Shown here in pieces: positions 61,176 to 64,000 of a stretch of 64,000 nt of DNA. The stretch spans positions 1,440,001 to 1,504,000 of the forward strand of contig CAWHIJ010000003.1 of the NCBI GenBank assembly GCA_963829525.1, in the 5' to 3' direction. How positions within the stretch are numbered: position 1 is the first letter of the stretch; each line of letters starts with the position of its first letter. Below the pieces are notes generated by a model. It was not told the DNA's origin. It was given only the letters and a program-made list of their open reading frames with translations, and did not search any database. Both the position numbers and the translations under genes were made by a program. This DNA is from an uncultured Actinomycetota bacterium (lineage in GTDB: Bacteria > Actinomycetota > Actinomycetes > JAHEKZ01).

Positions 61176-62941
61176 CTCTCATCGACGAACCCGTCGCTGG
61201 GGCGCCGATCGAGGCCCCGTCGGCACCACCGATGAGTCGTGGCCGGCTCGTGGTCAGCTGGCTCACCAGCACCGACCACAAAGTGATCGGCAACCTCTAC
61301 TTCATCACGTCGTTCTTCTACTTCATGATCGGCGGAGTGTTCGCACTGGTGATCCGTGCTGAGCTGACCGAGCCGGGCATGCAGTTCGTCAGCCTCGAGC
61401 AGTACAACCAGCTCTTCACCATGCACGGCACGATCATGCTTCTCTTCTTCGCGACACCGCTCTTCTCGGCCTTTGCGAATGCCATCATGCCGCTGCAGAT
61501 CGGCTCGCCAGATGTCGCATTCCCCCGCCTGAACATGCTCGCCTACTGGCTCTACCTGTTCAGCACGATCATCGTCATGGCCAGCGTGTTCACTCCGAGT
61601 GGCACAGCGGCCTTCGGCTGGACGGCCTATGCCCCCCTCTCGGACACCGTGTACTCGCCAGGTGTTGGCGCGGACCTGTGGCTGGTCGGACTCACGCTCG
61701 GTGGGTTGGGAACAATCTTGGGCGCCGTCAACTTCATCACCACCATCATCTGCCTTAGGGCTCCTGGCATGACGATGTTCCGGATGCCGATCTTCACCTG
61801 GAACGTGCTGCTTACCAGCATTCTGGTTCTGATGGCCTTCCCCGTCCTTGCCGCAGCGCTCCTCGTCCTTGAGATCGACCGTCAGTTCGGCAGTCTGGTG
61901 TTCGCCCCCGAAGTCGGCGGAGCTGTCTTGTGGCAGCACCTCTTCTGGTTCTTCGGACACCCAGAGGTGTACATCCTGGCGCTGCCGTTCTTCGGCATCA
62001 TCAGTGAGGTCTTGCCGGTCTTCAGCCGTAAGCCGATCTTCGGCTACAAGGGCCTGGTCTTTGCAACGATCGCCATCGCTGCCCTTTCCGTGGCAGTGTG
62101 GGCGCATCACATGTTCGTGACTGGCGCTGTGCTCCTGCCGTTCTTCGCATTCATGACCATGCTCATCGCCGTGCCCACTGGTGTGAAGTTCTTCAACTGG
62201 ATCGGCACGATGTGGGGCGGCTCGGTCTCCTTCGAGACCCCGATGCTCTTCTCGCTCGGCTTCCTGGTGACCTTCCTCTTCGGAGGCCTCACCGGAATCA
62301 TCCTGGCCTCGCCACCGCTGGACTTCGCCGTCTCTGACTCATACTTCGTCGTCGCGCACTTCCACTACACAGTGTTCGGAACCGTCGTGTTCTTGATGTT
62401 CGCCGGCTTCTACTTCTGGTGGCCGAAGTTGACCGGCAAGATGCTCGACGAGCGTGTTGGGAAGATCCACTTCTGGATGCTCTTCATCGGCTTTCAGGTG
62501 ACGTTCTTGATCCAGCACTGGCTCGGCGCGGCCGGCCAGCCACGGCGCTACGGCGACTACATCCCTGAGGATGGGTACATCTTCATGAACCAGGTGTCGA
62601 CGGTGGGATCGGTCTTGCTAGGCCTCTCCACGCTGACATTCCTCTACAACGTGTGGCGGACGCACAAGCGTGGCGTACAAGTCACTGAGGACGACCCCTG
62701 GGGCTGGGGAAGGTCGCTGGAGTGGGCCACTTCATGCCCCCCACCTCGGCACAACTTTGACTCCATCCCTCGGATCAGGTCGGAGTCGCCTGCATTCGAT
62801 CTGCACCACCCTGAGATTGCCTTCGCCGAGGGCAACGTCTCCAACGAGCCGCTCCTGGCCAGCGTCTATGGTGCTCCGGAGGTCAGCCACCGCGAGGACA
62901 TCGCCGAGGACATCGCCGAGGGCAAGGGTCAGGAGAACTGA
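61172..62941 (+). CDS. ctaD: Cytochrome c oxidase subunit I
   Basis: [37 protein letters not shown]. Confidence 0.98.
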   Translation: MTLIDEPVAGAPIEAPSAPPMSRGRLVVSWLTSTDHKVIGNLYFITSFFYFMIGGVFALVIRAELTEPGMQFVSLEQYNQLFTMHGTIMLLFFATPLFSAFANAIMPLQIGSPDVAFPRLNMLAYWLYLFSTIIVMASVFTPSGTAAFGWTAYAPLSDTVYSPGVGADLWLVGLTLGGLGTILGAVNFITTIICLRAPGMTMFRMPIFTWNVLLTSILVLMAFPVLAAALLVLEIDRQFGSLVFAPEVGGAVLWQHLFWFFGHPEVYILALPFFGIISEVLPVFSRKPIFGYKGLVFATIAIAALSVAVWAHHMFVTGAVLLPFFAFMTMLIAVPTGVKFFNWIGTMWGGSVSFETPMLFSLGFLVTFLFGGLTGIILASPPLDFAVSDSYFVVAHFHYTVFGTVVFLMFAGFYFWWPKLTGKMLDERVGKIHFWMLFIGFQVTFLIQHWLGAAGQPRRYGDYIPEDGYIFMNQVSTVGSVLLGLSTLTFLYNVWRTHKRGVQVTEDDPWGWGRSLEWATSCPPPRHNFDSIPRIRSESPAFDLHHPEIAFAEGNVSNEPLLASVYGAPEVSHREDIAEDIAEGKGQEN

Positions 62942-62942
62942 C

Positions 62943-63344
62943 ATGCGCACCACGGGTCGTCTCTTCGCGCTGCTTGCATTCTTCTTCGCGCTGCTGTCAG
63001 TCGTCTACTGGTTCCTGTCTGAGGAACCGGCGGGTACGGCCGCCCTGGTCTTCACCGGTGGACTTGGCTTCTTGGTGGCCTTCTACCTGCTCTTTACGGC
63101 CAAACGCATCGAGCCGCTGCCCGAGGACGACGATGAGGGCGAAATCGCTGAAGGCGCTGGCGTCCAAGGTTTCTACAGCCCGCACAGCTGGTGGCCGTTG
63201 CCGGTCGCAGGGGGTGCGGCCGTCATAGGCCTCGGCCTCGTTTTTGTTATGTGGTGGCTGATCGTTTTGGGCATCGTCTTCGCCGTGGTGGCCACGGCTG
63301 GCCTGCTCTTTGAGTACTACCAGGGCGACTTCGTCCGAGAATGA
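62943..63344 (+). CDS. ctaF: Cytochrome c oxidase subunit IV
   Basis: EPAGT, PEDDDEGEIAEGAG..GFYSPHSWWP, FEYY; ATG at 62943. Confidence 0.92.
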   Translation: MRTTGRLFALLAFFFALLSVVYWFLSEEPAGTAALVFTGGLGFLVAFYLLFTAKRIEPLPEDDDEGEIAEGAGVQGFYSPHSWWPLPVAGGAAVIGLGLVFVMWWLIVLGIVFAVVATAGLLFEYYQGDFVRE

Positions 63345-63384
63345 GCTTTTTGGCCTTGAGGCGCTAGCCTGAGGTGTCGACACT

Positions 63385-63422
63385 GATGGAAGGAGACGGG
63401 AGCCTCCCGTCCTCCTTCCATC
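63385..63422 (+). terminator. Hairpin after the cta operon
   Basis: gatggaaggagacgggag / ctcccgtcctccttccatc inverted repeat with one bulge. Confidence 0.55.
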
Positions 63423-63440
63423 GATCTATGGGGTAGAAGA

Positions 63441-64000
63441 GTGATTACGCGAAACGGCATCGTGCGGTGGCGCACTCTGGCTGCTGTGTCAACGGCATGC
63501 CTGGGCCTTGCCGGTTGCACCATCGCCGGAGCCGACGGCGGCGCCGATGGTGCCTCAGGCCCTCCGGAGTCGCGTGCGGTGATCGCCATCTCCTCCGCCA
63601 AGGAACGCGCATGGGCGCCAACGCGGCCCCTCATCGTGAAGGCGAAGCAAGGCAAGCTGACTGACGTTGTCGTCTCCGACGATCGTGGCCGCAAGATCTC
63701 CGGCAAGTTCAGCTCCCGTCATTCGGTATGGCGCTCTGACGAGTCGCCGCTGCAGTTCAACAGCCGCTACGAGATCACCGCGCGGGCTGCTGACTCCGAC
63801 GGAGTGGCGACCCGGACCAAGACCTGGGTGCGCACCGTCAAGCCCAAGCGAATGGCGTACACCGGCCTCAGCCCCTTCGGCGGGGCGGTTGTGGGTGTCG
63901 GTATGCCCGTGATCATGACATTCGACCAGCCCGTGCAGCGGAAAGCGGCCGCGGAGAAGAACCTCTCGGTGACCACGAAGCCGGCGGCGGTGGGCGGGTG
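63441..64000 (+). CDS. L,D-transpeptidase lipoprotein, Ig-like domains (3' truncated by window edge)
   Basis: Not in ORF track because it has no stop; open frame from GTG 63441 with lipobox LAGC and VGVGMPVIMTFDQPV...AAEKNLSVTT..VGG, typical of LdtB-type proteins. Confidence 0.85.
   Translation, partial: MITRNGIVRWRTLAAVSTACLGLAGCTIAGADGGADGASGPPESRAVIAISSAKERAWAPTRPLIVKAKQGKLTDVVVSDDRGRKISGKFSSRHSVWRSDESPLQFNSRYEITARAADSDGVATRTKTWVRTVKPKRMAYTGLSPFGGAVVGVGMPVIMTFDQPVQRKAAAEKNLSVTTKPAAVGG

Overview
High-GC actinobacterial chromosome segment covering the conserved core region glnE ... glnA-lipA-lipB-sucB(dlaT)-lpdA-pepA-gcvT-cobS/T/U ... erpA-adoK-ctaC/D/F-L,D-transpeptidase, with accessory genes interspersed. 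Main points: (1) a cobalamin-riboswitch-led minus-strand operon (~42.4-51.6 kb) joining two surface proteins, an ECF transporter, a PhnP-like metallo-beta-lactamase-fold domain fused to CobU, and cobT-cobS, a candidate cobamide capture and remodelling system; (2) a decayed tyrosine integrase abutting the 3' end of glnA, next to an accessory block (sulfatase, beta-helix protein, orphan sensor-like membrane protein and its deleted duplicate); (3) a DUF559-like remnant flanked by 40-bp inverted repeats; (4) a four-part GlnR box, a CsoR/CstR-like operator and a 32-bp dispersed intergenic repeat. Several single-base homopolymer frameshifts suggest read or assembly indel errors. No rRNA, tRNA or CRISPR array was seen. 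All family assignments come from motif recognition by eye, not database searches.
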